The notes below the pieces were generated by a model. That model did not search any database. It saw nothing but the letters and a program-made list of their open reading frames with translations, and was not told where the DNA came from. This document shows positions 62,705 through 64,000 of a stretch of 64,000 nt of DNA, one piece after another (position 1 is the stretch's first letter; each line of letters begins with the position of its first letter). Where the stretch lies: positions 1,024,001-1,088,000 of the forward strand of contig OY762428.1 in NCBI GenBank assembly GCA_963665665.1, in the 5' to 3' direction. Source of the DNA: Candidatus Kapaibacterium sp. GTDB taxonomy: Bacteria > Bacteroidota > Ignavibacteria > Kapaibacteriales > UBA2268. The translations under genes were made by a program, and so were the position numbers.

Positions 62705-63952
62705 TCAGAATTTAATAAATTCCACACGCCTGTTGTTGGCTTTTGCTTCAGGTGTTGAATTATCGGTAACCGGTTTTGTTTCTCCCCAACCCTTTGTTTT
62801 AAGCCTTTCAGCGGCAATACCTAATTCAATGAATTTAGTTTTTACGGCTGCAGCTCTTTGCTCTGACAAAGTCTGGTTCATGGCATCATCGCCATCGCTG
62901 TCCGTGTGGCCCTCTATTGAAAAGTTGATTGAAGCGTCATCCTTCATAATTTTTACAATTTTCTTGATAACGCCCATTGAAATCGGAAGAATTTCGGCTT
63001 TTCCGGATTCGAATTTAATACCTGTAGTAACAATCTTACCGTCAGTTTTAACTCTTTTATATAGCTTCTGGCCGCCCTCAGCTATCCTGATATTCTTAAT
63101 TACAGCAGGATGATTATTATCAAAACCATTGCTATTTTCAATTGTAAAGCCAGTGGGATTGAATTCCATGTTTGGAATATTTAATATTCTTGCTTCGTCA
63201 ATATATACTTTCAAAGATCGCTTGTTAAATGATATTGAAATATGACGCCAGGTATTTTTATCTATTCTATTGGATCTTTCAGCGCCCGGATACATACCTT
63301 CGAATTCTCCGCATTCTGCCATACTAACAAAGAATTCTACATATTTATGTCCATTAGGATGCCTTTGTTTTTTAGCATCGAAGAAATGTACATAATACCG
63401 TTGGTTGTACTCGTCTTTTTGAAAATATGCATCAAATTCAATTGTAAATTTTTCAGGCATGTAGTCGGATTCACGATTCTTCATCAAAGGCATAATATAG
63501 GTGTTGTTAGCTTTAAATCCAATAACTTCCTGGCCATCGAAATACATCATCTCGCAATTCCCGGATTTAATATCCCATCTGGACGGAAATTCACCGACTT
63601 CTTCATCAATAAAATAATCCTGGAAAATAACCTTATCGCCGGGAACAAAATCATAATTGCCCCATTTCATTTCAGGATTATAATCTTCTGTTTCTTCAGT
63701 TTTATTATCAGCTGATTGTTTTGAAACATTTTTGCCACCTTTGTTCACAGGCCTTTCTGATTCCTCCTCTTCACTCTCTCCTTCAATAGCTTCCTCAATT
63801 CCTTCTTCTACTTCCTCTTCCACCTTTTCTTCAGCTTTCTTTTTTAGCTTTTTCATAAAACCAAACTGCGCATCAGATTCCTGATATGCCAAAAAAGTAA
63901 AGATCACCAAAAGAGCTGTAAGTATTCTAAAATTCATTTTAACATCCGTCAA
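62705..63952 (-). CDS. OmpA-family peptidoglycan-binding protein with N-terminal lectin-like region
   Basis: IEGHTDSDGDDAMNQTLSEQRAAAVK...GWGETKP...NRRVEF; YDFVPGDKVIF...GEFPSRW. Confidence 0.88.
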   Translation of the reverse strand: MTDVKMNFRILTALLVIFTFLAYQESDAQFGFMKKLKKKAEEKVEEEVEEGIEEAIEGESEEEESERPVNKGGKNVSKQSADNKTEETEDYNPEMKWGNYDFVPGDKVIFQDYFIDEEVGEFPSRWDIKSGNCEMMYFDGQEVIGFKANNTYIMPLMKNRESDYMPEKFTIEFDAYFQKDEYNQRYYVHFFDAKKQRHPNGHKYVEFFVSMAECGEFEGMYPGAERSNRIDKNTWRHISISFNKRSLKVYIDEARILNIPNMEFNPTGFTIENSNGFDNNHPAVIKNIRIAEGGQKLYKRVKTDGKIVTTGIKFESGKAEILPISMGVIKKIVKIMKDDASINFSIEGHTDSDGDDAMNQTLSEQRAAAVKTKFIELGIAAERLKTKGWGETKPVTDNSTPEAKANNRRVEFIKF

Positions 63953-64000
63953 TTTGTTAAATATCCCCTTATTTTATTAACAAAATTAATTGAAATTTTC

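Overview
AT-rich bacterial chromosomal window. Many secreted proteins carry T9SS type-A C-terminal sorting domains, a Bacteroidota-type promoter motif is present, and there is an isolated flbD. Together these suggest the FCB group (Ignavibacteria/Kapabacteria-like; inference). Housekeeping genes: mrp/apbC, nfuA-like, alr, ftsH, ymdB-like macrodomain, uvrC, gpmI, dnaB, actP/yjcH. The most striking non-coding feature is a ~2.2-kb tRNA-derived array at 5572-7809. It holds 3 full tRNA-Val(TAC), 2 tRNA-Leu(CAA) and 13 truncated 3'-half tRNA-Val repeats. These are separated by 15 spacers drawn from only five hairpin/terminator classes, in shuffled order. Upstream lie a frameshifted excisionase-like gene and a symmetric structure: 250-bp direct repeats flanking two inverted, mutually related 21-bp tandem arrays around a ~500-bp AT-rich core. 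Unusual proteins include a membrane Cache-PAS-CBS-DUF294 nucleotidyltransferase divergent from actP, a 1540-aa acyl-adenylation/kinase-like/GNAT fusion, and a GH13 gene with an in-frame palindromic repeat insertion. All calls come from reading motifs by eye; no searches were run.
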